Below the pieces are notes generated by a model, which searched no databases, had not been told where the DNA came from, and saw only the letters and a program-made list of their open reading frames with translations. From the NCBI GenBank assembly GCA_040954595.2, contig CM082580.2, forward strand, positions 858,783-922,782: a stretch of 64,000 nt of DNA. The letters run 5' to 3'. Below, in pieces: positions 21,801 to 36,800 of the stretch (its first letter is position 1; each line of letters begins with the position of its first letter). This DNA is from Balanoglossus misakiensis (taxonomy: Eukaryota > Animalia > Hemichordata). A program made the translations under genes and the position numbers.

Positions 21801-24800
21801 GGTTGCTTCCAAACACAGTCTCGTTTGTTTACAAAAGTCTGCAGTGATGCGCAGAACACATGATAGGCCTATGCGCATAAGAAACTGTTTCACTGTAGAT
21901 CGACGGATAGTTCTAAAATTTCCATAGACTCTGTAGATCGAGAGATAGTTCTAAAATTTCCATGGTTGCTTCCAAACACAGCCTCGTTTGTTTACAAAAT
22001 TCTTTTGTGATGCGCAGAACACATAGCTAGGCCTATGCGCATAAGAAAGTTTTCCACTAGACTCTGTAGATCGACGGATAGTTCTAAAATGTCCATGGTT
22101 GATTTCAAACAGCCTTGTTTATTTACCGAATTCTGCTGTGATGCGCAGATCACATAGATAGGCCTATGTGCATAAGAAACTTTTCCACTAGACTCTGTAG
22201 ATCGACGGATAGTTCTAAAATTTCCATGGTTGCATCCAAACAGCCTCGTTTATTTACCGATTTCTGTTGTGAGGCGCAGAACACGTGATAGGCCTATGCG
22301 CATAAGAAAGTTTTTTACTAGACTCTGCAGATCGACGGATAGTTCTAAAATTTCCATGGTTGCTTCCAAACACAGCCTCGTTTATTTCCAAATTCTGTTG
22401 TAATGCGCAGAACACATAGATAGGCCTATGCGCATAAGAACGTTTTCCACTAGACTCTATAGATCGACGGATAGTTCTAAAATTTCCATGGTTGATTCCA
22501 AACACAACCTCGTTTGTTTACAAAATTCTGTTGTAATGCGCAGAACACATAGCTAGGCCTATGCGCATAAGAAAGTTTTCCACTAGACTCTGTAGATCGA
22601 GAGATAGTTCTAAAATATACATGGTTGCCTCAAAACACAGCCTCGTTTGTTTACAAAATTCTGTTGTGATGCGCAGAACACATAGATAGGCCTATGCGCA
22701 TAAGAACGTTTTCCACTAGACCTTTTAGATCGACGGATAGTTCTAAAATTTCCATGGTTGTTTCCAAACAGCCTCGTTTATTTACCGATTTCTGTTGTGA
22801 GGCTCTGAACACATAGATAGGCCTATGCGCATAAAAAAGTTTTCCACTAGACGCTGAAGGTCGACGGATAGTTCTAAAATTTCCATGGTTGCTTCCAAAC
22901 AGCCTCGTTTATTTACCGATTTCTGTTGTGAGGCGCAGAACACATGATAGGCCCATGCGCATAAGAAATTTTTCCACTAGACTCTGTAGATCGACGGATA
23001 GTTCTAAAATGTCCATGGTTGCTTCCAAACAAAGCCTCGTTTGTTTACAAAATTCTGTTGTGATGCGCAGAACACATATATAGGCCTATGCGCATATGAA
23101 CGTTTCCCACTATACTCTGTAGATCGAGAGATAGTTCTAAAATGTCCATGTTTGCTTCCAAACAGCCTCGTTTATTTACGGAATTCTGTTTTGAGGCGCA
23201 GAACACATAGATAGGCATATGTGCATAAGAAAGTTTTCCACTATAGACTCTGTAGATCGAGAGATAGTTCTAAAATTTCCATGGTTGCTTCCAAACACAG
23301 CCTCGTTTGTTTACAAAATTCTGTTGTGATGCGCAGAACACGTAATAGACCTATGCGCATTAGAAAGTTTTCCACAAGACTCTGTAGATCGACGGATAGA
23401 TGTAAAATGTCCACGGTTGCTTCCAAATACAGCCTCGTTTATTTACCGATTTCTGTTGTGATGCGCATAACACATATATAGGCCTATGCGCAAAAGAACG
23501 TTTTCCACTAGACTCTGTAGATCGACAGATAGCTGTAAAATTTCCATGTTTGCTTCCAAACAGCCTCGTTTATTTACGGAATTCTGTTGTGAGGCGCAGA
23601 ACACGTAATAGGCCTATGCGCATTAGAAAGTTTTCCACAGGACTCTGTAGATCGACGGATAGTTGTAAAATGTCCATGGTTGCTTCCAAATACAGCCTCG
23701 TTTATTTACCGATTTCTGTTGTGATGCGCATAACATATATATAGGCCTATGCGCAAAAGAACGTTTTCCACTAGACTCTGTAGATCGACGGATAGCTGTA
23801 AAATTTCCATGTTTGCTTGCAAACAGCCTTGTTTATTTACGGAATTCTGTTTTGAGGCGCAGAACACATGATAGGCCTATGCGCATACGACATTTTTCCA
23901 CTAGACTCTGTAGATCGACGGATAGTTGTAAAATTTCCATGGTTGCTTCCAAACAACCTCGTTTGTTTACCGAATTCTGTTGTGATGCGCAGAACACATA
24001 TATAGGCCTATGCGCATAAGAACGTTTTCCACTAGACTCTGTAGATCGACGGATAGTTGTAAAATGTTCATGGTTGCTTCCAAATACAGCCTCGTTTATT
24101 TACCGATTTCTGTTGTGATGCGCATAACACATAGATAGGCCTATGCGCATTATAACGTTTTCCACTAGACTCTGTAGATCGACGGATAGTTGTAAAATTT
24201 CCATGGTTGCTTCCAAACAGCCTCGTTTATTTACCGAATTCTGTTGTTAGGCGCAGAACACGTTATAGGCCTATGCGCATAAGAAAGTTTTCCACCAGAC
24301 TCTGTAGATGGACTGATAGTTGTAAAATTTCCATGGTTGCTTCCAAACAGCCTCGTTTATTTACCGAATTCTGTTGTGAGGCGCAGAACACATAGATAGG
24401 CATATGTGCATAAGAAAGTTTTCCACTATAGACTCTGTAGATCGAGAGATAGTTCTAAAATGTCCATGGTTGCTACCAAACACAGCCTCGTTTGTTTACA
24501 AAATTCTGTTGTGATGCGCAGAACACATAGATAGGCCTATGCGCATATGAACGTTTTCCACCATACACTGTAGATCGAGAGATAGTTCTAAAACTTCCAT
24601 GTTTGCTTCCAAACAGCCTCGTTTATTTGCGGAATTCTGTTTTGAGGCGCAGAACACATAGATAGGCATATGTGAATAAGAAAGTTTTCCACTATAGACT
24701 CTGTAGATCGAGAGATAGTTGTAAAATTTCCATGGTTGCTTCCAAACAGCCTCGTTTATTTACCGATTTCTGTTGTGAGGCGCAGAACACATAGATAGGC

Positions 24801-27800
24801 CTATGCGCATAAAAAACTTTTCAACTTTAGATCAACGGATAGTTCTAAAATTTCCATCGTTGTTTCCAAACAGCCTCGTTTATTTACCGAATTCTGTTGT
24901 GATGCGTAGAACACATACATATGCCTATGCGCATAAGAAAGTTTTCCACTAGACTCCGTAGATCGACGAATAGTTCTAAAATGTCCATGGTTGCTTCCAA
25001 ACAAAGCCTGGTTTGTTTACAAAATTCTGTTGTGATGCGCAGAACACATAGATAGGCCTATGCGCATATGAACGTTTTCCACTATACTCTGTAGATCGAG
25101 AGATAGTTCTAAAATTTCCATGTTTGCTTCCAAACAGCCTCGTTTATTTACGGAATTCTGTTTTGAGGCGCAGAACACATAGATAGGCATATGTGCATAA
25201 GAAAGTTTTCCACTATAGACTCTGTAGATCGAGAGATAGTTCTAAAATGTCCATGGTTGCTTCCAAACACAGCCTCGTTTGTTTACAAAATTCTGTTGTG
25301 ATGCGCAGAACACATATATAGGCCTATGCGCATAATAACGTTTTCCACTAGACTCTGTAGATCGACGGATAGTTGTAAAATTTCCATGGTTGCTTCCAAA
25401 CAGCCTCGTTTATTTACCGAATTCTGTTGTAAGGCACAGAACACATAGATAGGCCTATGTGCATAAGAAAGTTTTCCACTATAGACTCTGTAGATCGAGA
25501 GATAGTTCTAAAATGTCCATGGTTGCTTCCAAACACAGCCTCGTTTGTTTACAAAATTCTGTTGTGATGCGCAGAACACATATATAGGCCTATGCGCATA
25601 ATAACGTTTTCCACTAGACTCTGTAGATCGACGGATAGTTGTAAAATTTCCATGGTTGCTTCCAAACAGCCTCGTTTATTTACCGAATTCTGTTGTGAGG
25701 CGCAGAACACATAGATAGGCATATGTGCATAAGAAAGTTTTCCACTATAGACTCTGTAGATCGAGAGATAGTTCTAAAATGTCCATGGTTGCTACCAAAC
25801 ACAGCCTCGTTTGTTTACAAAATTCTGTTGTGATGCGCAGAACACATATATAGGCCTATGCGCATAAGAACGTTTCCACTAGACTCTGTAGATCGACGGA
25901 TAGTTGTAAAATTTCCATGGTTGCTTCCAAACAGCCTCGTTTATTTACTGATTTCTGTTGTGAGGCGCAGAACACATGATAGGCCAATGCGCATAAGACA
26001 TTTTTCCACTAGACTCTGTAGATCGACGGATAGTTGTAAAATTTCCATGGTTGCTTCCAAACAACCTCGTTTGTTTACGAATTCTGTTGTGATGCGCAGA
26101 ACACATATATAGGCCTATGCGCATAAGAACGTTTTCCACTAGACTCTGTAGATCGAGAGATAGTTCTAAAATTTCCATGGTTGCTTCCAAACAGCCTCGT
26201 TTATTTACCGAATTCTGTTGTGAGACGCAGAACACGTAATAGGCCTATGCGCATAAGAAAGTTTTCCACCAGACTCCGTAGATCGACGGATAGTTGTAAA
26301 ATTTCCATGGTTGCTTCCAAACAGCCTCGTTTATTTACGGAATTCTGTTGTGAGGCGCAGAACACGTAATAGGCCTATGCGCATTAGAAAGTTTTCCACA
26401 GGACTCTGTAGATCGACGGATAGTTGTAAAATGTCCATGGTTGCTTCCAAATACAGCCTCGTTTATTTACCGATTTCTGTTGTGATGCGCATAACATATA
26501 TATAGGCCTATGCGCAAAAGAACGTTTTCCACTAGACTCTGTAGATCGACGGATAGCTGTAAAATTTCCATGTTTGCTTGCAAACAGCCTTGTTTATTTA
26601 CGGAATTCTGTTTTGAGGCGCAGAACACATGATAGGCCTATGCGCATACGACATTTTTCCACTAGACTCTGTAGATCGACGGATAGTTGTAAAATTTCCA
26701 TGGTTGCTTCCAAACAACCTCGTTTGTTTACCGAATTCTGTTGTGATGCGCAGAACACATATATAGGCCTATGCGCATAAGAACGTTTTCCACTAGACTC
26801 TGTAGATCGACGGATAGTTGTAAAATGTTCATGGTTGCTTCCAAATACAGCCTCGTTTATTTACCGATTTCTGTTGTGATGCGCATAACACATAGATAGG
26901 CCTATGCGCATTATAACGTTTTCCACTAGACTCTGTAGATCGACGGATAGTTGTAAAATTTCCATGGTTGCTTCCAAACAGCCTCGTTTATTTACCGAAT
27001 TCTGTTGTTAGGCGCAGAACACGTTATAGGCCTATGCGCATAAGAAAGTTTTCCACCAGACTCTGTAGATCGACGGATTTTTGTAAAATTTCCATGGTTG
27101 CTTCCAAACAGCCTCGTTTATTTACCGAATTCTGTTGTTAGGCGCAGAACACGTTATAGGCCTATGCGCATAAGAAAGTTTTCCACCAGACTCTGTAGAT
27201 GGACTGATAGTTGTAAAATTTCCATGGTTGCTTCCAAACAGCCTCGTTTATTTACTGATTTCTGTTGTGAGGCGCAGAACACATGATAGGCCAATGCGCA
27301 TAAGACATTTTTCCACTAGACTCTGTAGATCGACGGATAGTTGTAAAATTCCCATGGTTGCTTCCAAACAACCTCGTTTGTTTACGAATTCTGTTGTGAT
27401 GCGCAGAACACATATATAGGGCTATGCGCATAAGAAAGTTTTCCACCAGACTCCGTAGATCGACGGATAGTTGTAAAATTTCCATGGTTGCTTCCAAACA
27501 GCCTCGTTTATTTACCGAATTCTGTTGTGAGGCGCAGAACACATAGATAGGCATATGTGCATAAGAAAGTTTTCCACTATAGACTCTGTAGATCGAGAGA
27601 TAGTTCTAAAATGTCCATGGTTGCTACCAAACACAGCCTCGTTTGTTTACAAAATTCTGTTGTGATGCGCAGAACACATAGATAGGCCTATGCGCATATG
27701 AACGTTTTCCACCATACACTGTAGATCGAGAGATAGTTCTAAAACTTCCATGTTTGCTTCCAAACAGCCTCGTTTATTTGCGGAATTCTGTTTTGAGGCG

Positions 27801-30800
27801 CAGAACACATAGATAGGCATATGTGAATAAGAAAGTTTTCCACTATAGACTCTGTAGATCGAGAGATAGTTGTAAAATTTCCATGGTTGCTTCCAAACAG
27901 CCTCGTTTATTTACCGATTTCTGTTGTGAGGCGCAGAACACATAGGTAGGCCTATGCGCATAAAAAACTTTTCAACTTTATATCAACGGATAGTTCTAAA
28001 ATTTCCATGGTTGTTTCCAAACAGCCTCGTTTATTTACCGAATTCTGTTGTGATGCGTAGAACACATACATATGCCTATGCGCATAATAACGTTTTCCAC
28101 TAGACTCTGTAGATCGACGGATAGTTGTAAAATTTCCATGGTTGCTTCCAAACAGCCTCGTTTATTTACCGAATTCTGTTGTAAGGCACAGAACACATAG
28201 ATAGGCCTATGTGCATAAGAAAGTTTTCCACTATAGACTCTGTAGATCGAGAGATAGTTCTAAAATGTCCATGGTTGCTTCCAAACACAGCCTCGTTTGT
28301 TTACAAAATTCTGTTGTGATGCGCAGAACACATATATAGGCCTATGCGCATAATAACGTTTTCCACTAGACTCTGTAGATCGACGGATAGTTGTAAAATT
28401 TCCATGGTTGCTTCCAAACAGCCTCGTTTATTTACCGAATTCTGTTGTGAGGCGCAGAACACATAGATAGGCATATGTGCATAAGAAAGTTTTCCACTAT
28501 AGACTCTGTAGATCGAGAGATAGTTCTAAAATGTCCATGGTTGCTACCAAACACAGCCTCGTTTGTTTACAAAATTCTGTTGTGATGCGCAGAACACATA
28601 TATAGGCCTATGCGCATAAGAACGTTTCCACTAGACTCTGTAGATCGACGGATAGTTGTAAAATTTCCATGGTTGCTTCCAAACAGCCTCGTTTATTTAC
28701 TGATTTCTGTTGTGAGGCGCAGAACACATGATAGGCCAATGCGCATAAGACATTTTTCCACTAGACTCTGTAGATCGACGGATAGTTGTAAAATTTCCAT
28801 GGTTGCTTCCAAACAACCTCGTTTGTTTACGAATTCTGTTGTGATGCGCAGAACACATATATAGGCCTATGCGCATAAGAACGTTTTCCACTAGACTCTG
28901 TAGATCGAGAGATAGTTCTAAAATTTCCATGGTTGCTTCCAAACAGCCTCGTTTATTTACCGAATTCTGTTGTGAGACGCAGAACACGTAATAGGCCTAT
29001 GCGCATAAGAAAGTTTTCCACCAGACTCCGTAGATCGACGGATAGTTGTAAAATTTCCATGGTTGCTTCCAAACAGCCTCGTTTATTTACCGAATTCTGT
29101 TGTGAGGCGCAGAACACATAGATAGGCCTATGTGCATAAGAAAGTTTTCCACTATAGACTCTGTAGATCGAGAGATAGTTCTAAAATGTCCATGGTTGCT
29201 ACCAAACACAGCCTCGTTTGTTTACAAAATTCTGTTGTGATGCGCAGAACACATAGATAGGCCTATGCGCATATGAACGTTTTCCACTATACACTGTAGA
29301 TCGAGAGATAGTTCTAAAACTTCCATGTTTGCTTCCAAACAGCCTCGTTTATTTGCGGAATTCTGTTTTGAGGCGCAGAACACATAGATAGGCATATGTG
29401 AATAAGAAAGTTTTCCACTATAGACTCTGTAGATCGAGAGATAGTTGTAAAATTGCCATGGTTGCTTCCAAACAGCCTCGTTTATTTACCGATTTCTGTT
29501 GTGAGGCGCAGAACACATAGATAGGCCTATGCGCATAAAAAACTTTTCAACTTTAGATCAACGGATAGTTCTAAAATTTCCATGGTTGCTTCCAAACACA
29601 GCCTCGTTTGTTTACAAAATTCTGTTGTGATGCGCAGAACACATATATAGGCCTATGCGCATAAGAACGTTTTCCACTAGACTCTGTATATCCACGGATA
29701 GCTGTAAAATTGCCATGTTTGCTTCCAAACAGCCTCGTTTATTTACGGAATTCTGTTTTTAGGCGCAGAACACATAGATAGGCATATGTGCATAAGAAAG
29801 TTTTCCACTATAGACTCTGTAGATCGAGAGATAGTTCTAAAATGTCCATGGTTGCTTCCAAACACAGCCTCGTTTGTTTACAAAATTCTGTTGTGATGCG
29901 CAGAACACATATATAGGCCTATGCGCAAAAGAACGTTTTCCACTAGACTCTGTAGATCGACGGATAGCTGTAAAATTTCCATGGTTGCTTCCAAACTGCC
30001 TCGTTTATTTACCGATTTCTGTTGTGAGGCGCAGAACACATGATAGGCCTATGCGCATAAGACATTTTTCCACTAGACTCTGTAGATCGACGGATAGTTC
30101 TAAAATTTCCATGGTTGCTTCCAAACAGCCTCGTTTATTTACGGAATTCTGTTGTGAGGCGCAGAACACGTAATAGGCCTTTGCGCATTAGAAAGTTTTC
30201 CACAAGACTCTGTAGATCGACGGATAGTTGTAAAATGTCCATGGTTGCTTCCAAATACAGCCTCGTTTATTTACCGATTTCTGTTGTGATGCGCATAACA
30301 CATATATAGGCCTATGCGCAAAAGAACGTTTTCCACTAGACTCTGTAGATCGACGGATAGCTGTAAAATTTCCATGTTTGCTTGCAAACAGCCTCGTTTA
30401 TTTACGGAATTCTGTTTTGAGGCGCAGAACACATGATAGGCCTATGCGCATACGACATTTTTCCACTAGACTCTGTAGATCGACGGATAGTTGTAAAATG
30501 TCCATGGTTGCTTCCAAACAACCTCGTTTGTTTACCGAATTCTGTTGTGATGCGCAGAACACATATATAGGCCTATGCGCATAAGAACGTTTTCCACTAG
30601 ACTCTGTAGATCGACGGATAGTTGTAAAATGTTCATGGTTGCTTCCAAATACAGCCTCGTTTATTTACCGATTTCTGTTGTGATGCGCATAACACATAGA
30701 TAGGCCTATGCGCATTATAACGTTTTCCACTAGACTCTGTAGATCGACGGATAGTTGTAAAATTTCCATGGTTGCTTCCAAACAGCCTCGTTTATTTACC

Positions 30801-33800
30801 GAATTCTGTTGTTTGGCGCAGAACACGTTATAGGCCTATGCGCATAAGAAAGTTTTCCACCAGACTCTGTAGATCGACGGATAGTTGTAAAATTTCCATG
30901 GTTGCTTCCAAACAGCCTCGTTTATTTACCGAATTCTGTTGTTAGGCGCAGAACACGTTATAGGCCTATGCGCATAAGAAAGTTTTCCACCAGACTCTGT
31001 AGATGGACTGATAGTTGTAAAATTTCCATGGTTGCTTCCAAACAGCCTCGTTTATTTACTGATTTCTGTTGTGAGGCGCAGAACACATGATAGGCCAATG
31101 CGCATAAGACATTTTTCCACTAGACTCTGTAGATCGACGGATAGTTGTAAAATTTCCATGGTTGCTTCCAAACAACCTCGTTTGTTTACGAATTCTGTTG
31201 TGATGCGCAGAACACATATATAGGGCTATGCGCATAAGAAAGTTTTCCACCAGACTCCGTAGATCGACGGATAGTTGTAAAATTTCCATGGTTGCTTCCA
31301 AACAGCCTCGTTTATTTACCGAATTCTGTTGTGAGGCGCAGAACACATAGATAGGCATATGTGCATAAGAAAGTTTTCCACTATAGACTCTGTAGATCGA
31401 GAGATAGTTCTAAAATGTCCATGGTTGCTACCAAACACAGCCTCGTTTGTTTACAAAATTCTGTTGTGATGCGCAGAACACATAGATAGGCCTATGCGCA
31501 TATGAACGTTTTCCACCATACACTGTAGATCGAGAGATAGTTCTAAAACTTCCATGTTTGCTTCCAACAACCTCGTTTATTTGCGGAATTCTGTTGTGAT
31601 GCGCAGAACACATATATAGGCCTATGCGCATAATAACGTTTTCCACTAGACTCTGTACATCGACGGATAGTTGTAAAATTTCCATGGTTGCTTCCAAACA
31701 GCCTCGTTTATTTACCGAATTCTGTTGTAAGGCACAGAACACATAGATAGGCCTATGTGCATAAGAAAGTTTTCCACTATAGACTCTGTAGATCGAGAGA
31801 TAGTTCTAAAATGTCGATGGTTGCTTCCAAACACAGCCTCGTTTGTTTACAAAATTCTGTTGTGATGCGCAGAACACATATATAGGCCTATGCGCATAAT
31901 AACGTTTTCCACTAGACTCTGTAGATCGACGGATAGTTGTAAAATTTCCATGGTTGCTTCCAAACAGCCTCGTTTATTTACCGAATTCTGTTGTGAGGCG
32001 CAGAACACATAGATAGGCATATGTGCATAAGAAAGTTTTCCACTATAGACTCTGTAGATCGAGAGATAGTTCTAAAATGTCCATGGTTGCTACCAAACAC
32101 AGCCTCGTTTGTTTACAAAATTCTGTTGTGATGCGCAGAACACATATATAGGCCTATGCGCATAAGAACGTTTCCACTAGACTCTGTAGATCGACGGATA
32201 GTTGTAAAATTTCCATGGTTGCTTCCAAACAGCCTCGTTTATTTACCGAATTCTGTTGTTAGGCGCAGAACACGTTATAGGCCTATGCGCATAAGAAAGT
32301 TTTCCACCAGACTCTGTAGATGGACTGATAGTTGTAAAATTTCCATGGTTGCTTCCAAACAGCCTCGTTTATTTACTGATTTCTGTTGTGAGGCGCAGAA
32401 CACATGATAGGCCAATGCGCATAAGACATTTTTCCACTAGACTCTGTAGATCGACGGATAGTTGTAAAATTTCCATGGTTGCTTCCAAACAACCTCGTTT
32501 GTTTACGAATTCTGTTGTGATGCGCAGAACACATATATAGGCCTATGCGCATAAGAACGTTTTCCACTAGACTCTGTAGATCGAGAGATAGTTCTAAAAT
32601 TTCCATGGTTGCTTCCAAACAGCCTCGTTTATTTACCGAATTCTGTTGTGAGACGCAGAACACGTAATAGGCCTATGCGCATAAGAAAGTTTTCCACCAG
32701 ACTCCGTAGATCGACGGATAGTTGTAAAATTTCCATGGTTGCTTCCAAACAGCCTCGTTTATTTACCGAATTCTGTTGTGAGGCGCAGAACACATAGATA
32801 GGCATATGTGCATAAGAAAGTTTTCCACTATAGACTCTGTAGATCGAGAGATAGTTCTAAAATGTCCATTGCTGCTACCAAACACAGCCTCGTTTGTTTA
32901 CAAAATTCTGTTGTGATGCGCAGAACACATATATAGGCCTATGCGCATATGAACGTTTTCCACTATACACTGTAGATCGAGAGATAGTTCTAAAACTTCC
33001 ATGTTTGCTTCCAAACAGCCTCGTTTATTTGCGGAATTCTGTTTTGAGGCGCAGAACACATAGATAGGCATATGTGAATAAGAAAGTTTTCCACTATAGA
33101 CTCTGTAGATCGAGAGATAGTTGTAAAATTTCCATGGTTGCTTCCAAACAGCCTCGTTTATTTACCGATTTCTGTTGTGAGGCGCAGAACACATAGATAG
33201 GCCTATGCGCATAAAAAACTTTTCAACTTTAGATCAACGGATAGTTCTAAAATTTCCATGGTTGTTTCCAAACAGCCTCGTTTATTTACCGAATTCTGTT
33301 GTGATGCGTAGAACACATACATATGCCTATGCGCATAAGAAAGTTTTCCACTAGACTCCGTAGATCGACGAATAGTTCTAAAATGTCCATGGTTGCTTCC
33401 AAACAAAGCCTGGTTTGTTTACAAAATTCTGTTGTGATGCGCAGAACACATAGATAGGCCTATGCGCATATGAACGTTTTCCACTATACTCTGTAGATCG
33501 AGAGATAGTTCTAAAATTGCCATGTTTGCTTCCAAACAGCCTCGTTTATTTACGGAATTCTGTTTTGAGGCGCAGAACACATAGATAGGCATATGTGCAT
33601 AAGAAAGTTTTCCACTATAGACTCTGTAGATCGAGAGATAGTTCTAAAATGTCCATGGTTGCTTCCAAACACAGCCTCGTTTGTTTACAAAATTCTTTTG
33701 TGATGCGCAGAACACATATATAGGCCTATGCGCATAAGAACGTTTTCCACTAGACTCTGTAGATCGACGGATAGTTGTAAAATTTCCATGGTTGCTTCCA

Positions 33801-36800
33801 AACAGCCTCGTTTATTTACCGAATTCTGTTGTGAGGCACAGAACACATAGATAGGCCTATGTGCATAAGAAAGTTTTCCACTATAGACTCTGTAGATCGA
33901 GAGATAGTTCTAAAATGTCCATGGTTGCTTCCAAACACAGCCTCGTTTATTTACGGAATTCTGTTTTTAGGCGCAGAACACATAGATAGGCATATGTGCA
34001 TAAGAAAGTTTTCCACTATAGACTCTGTACATCGAGAGATAGTTCTAAAATGTCCATGGTTGCTTCCAAACACAGCCTCGTTTGTTTACAAAATTCTGTT
34101 GTGATGCGCAGAACACATATATAGGCCTATGCGCAAAAGAACGTTTTCCACTAGACTCTGTAGATCGACGGATAGCTGTAAAATTTCCATGGTTGCTTCC
34201 AAACTGCCTCGTTTATTTACCGATTTCTGTTGTGAGGCGCAGAACACATGATAGGCCTATGCGCATAAGACATTTTTCCACTAGACTCTGTAGATCGACG
34301 GATAGTTCTAAAATTTCCATGGTTGCTTCCAAACAGCCTCGTTTATTTACGGAATTCTGTTGTGAGGCGCAGAACACGTAATAGGCCTATGCGCATTAGA
34401 AAGTTTTCCACAAGACTCTGTAGATCGACGGATAGTTGTAAAATGTCCATGGTTGCTTCCAAATACAGCCTCGTTTATTTACCGATTTCTGTTGTGATGC
34501 GCATAACACATATATAGGCCTATGCGCAAAAGAACGTTTTCCACTAGACTCTGTAGATCGACGGATAGCTGTAAAATTTCCATGTTTGCTTGCAAACAGC
34601 CTCGTTTATTTACGGAATTCTGTTTTGAGGCGCAGAACACATGATAGGCCTATGCGCATACGACATTTTTCCACTAGACTCTGTAGATCGACGGATAGTT
34701 GTAAAATGTCCATGGTTGCTTCCAAACAACCTCGTTTGTTTACCGAATTCTGTTGTGATGCGCAGAACACATATATAGGCCTATGCGCATAAGAACGTTT
34801 TCCACTAGACTCTGTAGATCGACGGATAGTTGTAAAATGTTCATGGTTGCTTCCAAATACAGCCTCGTTTATTTACCGATTTCTGTTGTGATGCGCATAA
34901 CACATAGATAGGCCTATGCGCATTATAACGTTTTCCACTAGACTCTGTAGATCGACGGATAGTTGTAAAATTTCCATGGTTGCTTCCAAACAGCCTCGTT
35001 TATTTACCGAATTCTGTTGTTTGGCGCAGAACACGTTATAGGCCTATGCGCATAAGAAAGTTTTCCACCAGACTCTGTAGATCGACGGATAGTTGTAAAA
35101 TTTCCATGGTTGCTTCCAAACAGCCTCGTTTATTTACCGAATTCTGTTGTTAGGCGCAGAACACGTTATAGGCCTATGCGCATAAGAAAGTTTTCCACCA
35201 GACTCTGTAGATGGACTGATAGTTGTAAAATTTCCATGGTTGCTTCCAAACAGCCTCGTTTATTTACTGATTTCTGTTGTGAGGCGCAGAACACATGATA
35301 GGCCAATGCGCATAAGACATTTTTCCACTAGACTCTGTAGATCGACGGATAGTTGTAAAATTTCCATGGTTGCTTCCAAACAACCTCGTTTGTTTACGAA
35401 TTCTGTTGTGATGCGCAGAACACATATATAGGGCTATGCGCATAAGAAAGTTTTCCACCAGACTCCGTAGATCGACGGATAGTTGTAAAATTTCCATGGT
35501 TGCTTCCAAACAGCCTGGTTTATTTACCGAATTCTGTTGTGAGGCGCAGAACACATAGATAGGCATATGTGCATAAGAAAGTTTTCCACTATAGACTCTG
35601 TAGATCGAGAGATAGTTCTAAAATGTCCATGGTTGCTACCAAACACAGCCTCGTTTGTTTACAAAATTCTGTTGTGATGCGCAGAACACATAGATAGGCC
35701 TATGCGCATATGAACGTTTTCCACCATACACTGTAGATCGAGAGATAGTTCTAAAACTTCCATGTTTGCTTCCAACAACCTCGTTTATTTGCGGAATTCT
35801 GTTGTGATGCGCAGAACACATATATAGGCCTATGCGCATAATAACGTTTTCCACTAGACTCTGTACATCGACGGATAGTTGTAAAATTTCCATGGTTGCT
35901 TCCAAACAGCCTCGTTTATTTACCGAATTCTGTTGTAAGGCACAGAACACATAGATAGGCCTATGTGCATAAGAAAGTTTTCCACTATAGACTCTGTAGA
36001 TCGAGAGATAGTTCTAAAATGTCGATGGTTGCTTCCAAACACAGCCTCGTTTGTTTACAAAATTCTGTTGTGATGCGCAGAACACATATATAGGCCTATG
36101 CGCATAATAACGTTTTCCACTAGACTCTGTAGATCGACGGATAGTTGTAAAATTTCCATGGTTGCTTCCAAACAGCCTCGTTTATTTACCGAATTCTGTT
36201 GTGAGGCGCAGAACACATAGATAGGCATATGTGCATAAGAAAGTTTTCCACTATAGACTCTGTAGATCGAGAGATAGTTCTAAAATGTCCATGGTTGCTA
36301 CCAAACACAGCCTCGTTTGTTTACAAAATTCTGTTGTGATGCGCAGAACACATATATAGGCCTATGCGCATAAGAACGTTTCCACTAGACTCTGTAGATC
36401 GACGGATAGTTGTAAAATTTCCATGGTTGCTTCCAAACAGCCTCGTTTATTTACCGAATTCTGTTGTTAGGCGCAGAACACGTTATAGGCCTATGCGCAT
36501 AAGAAAGTTTTCCACCAGACTCTGTAGATGGACTGATAGTTGTAAAATTTCCATGGTTGCTTCCAAACAGCCTCGTTTATTTACTGATTTCTGTTGTGAG
36601 GCGCAGAACACATGATAGGCCAATGCGCATAAGACATTTTTCCACTAGACTCTGTAGATCGACGGATAGTTGTAAAATTTCCATGGTTGCTTCCAAACAA
36701 CCTCGTTTGTTTACGAATTCTGTTGTGATGCGCAGAACACATATATAGGCCTATGCGCATAAGAACGTTTTCCACTAGACTCTGTAGATCGAGAGATAGT

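Noticed and set aside
23165-23185. CENP-B box-like CTCGTTTATTTACGGAA in some monomers
   Set aside because: Spacing and key bases do not fit TTCG-N4-A-N2-CGGG; likely chance resemblance.
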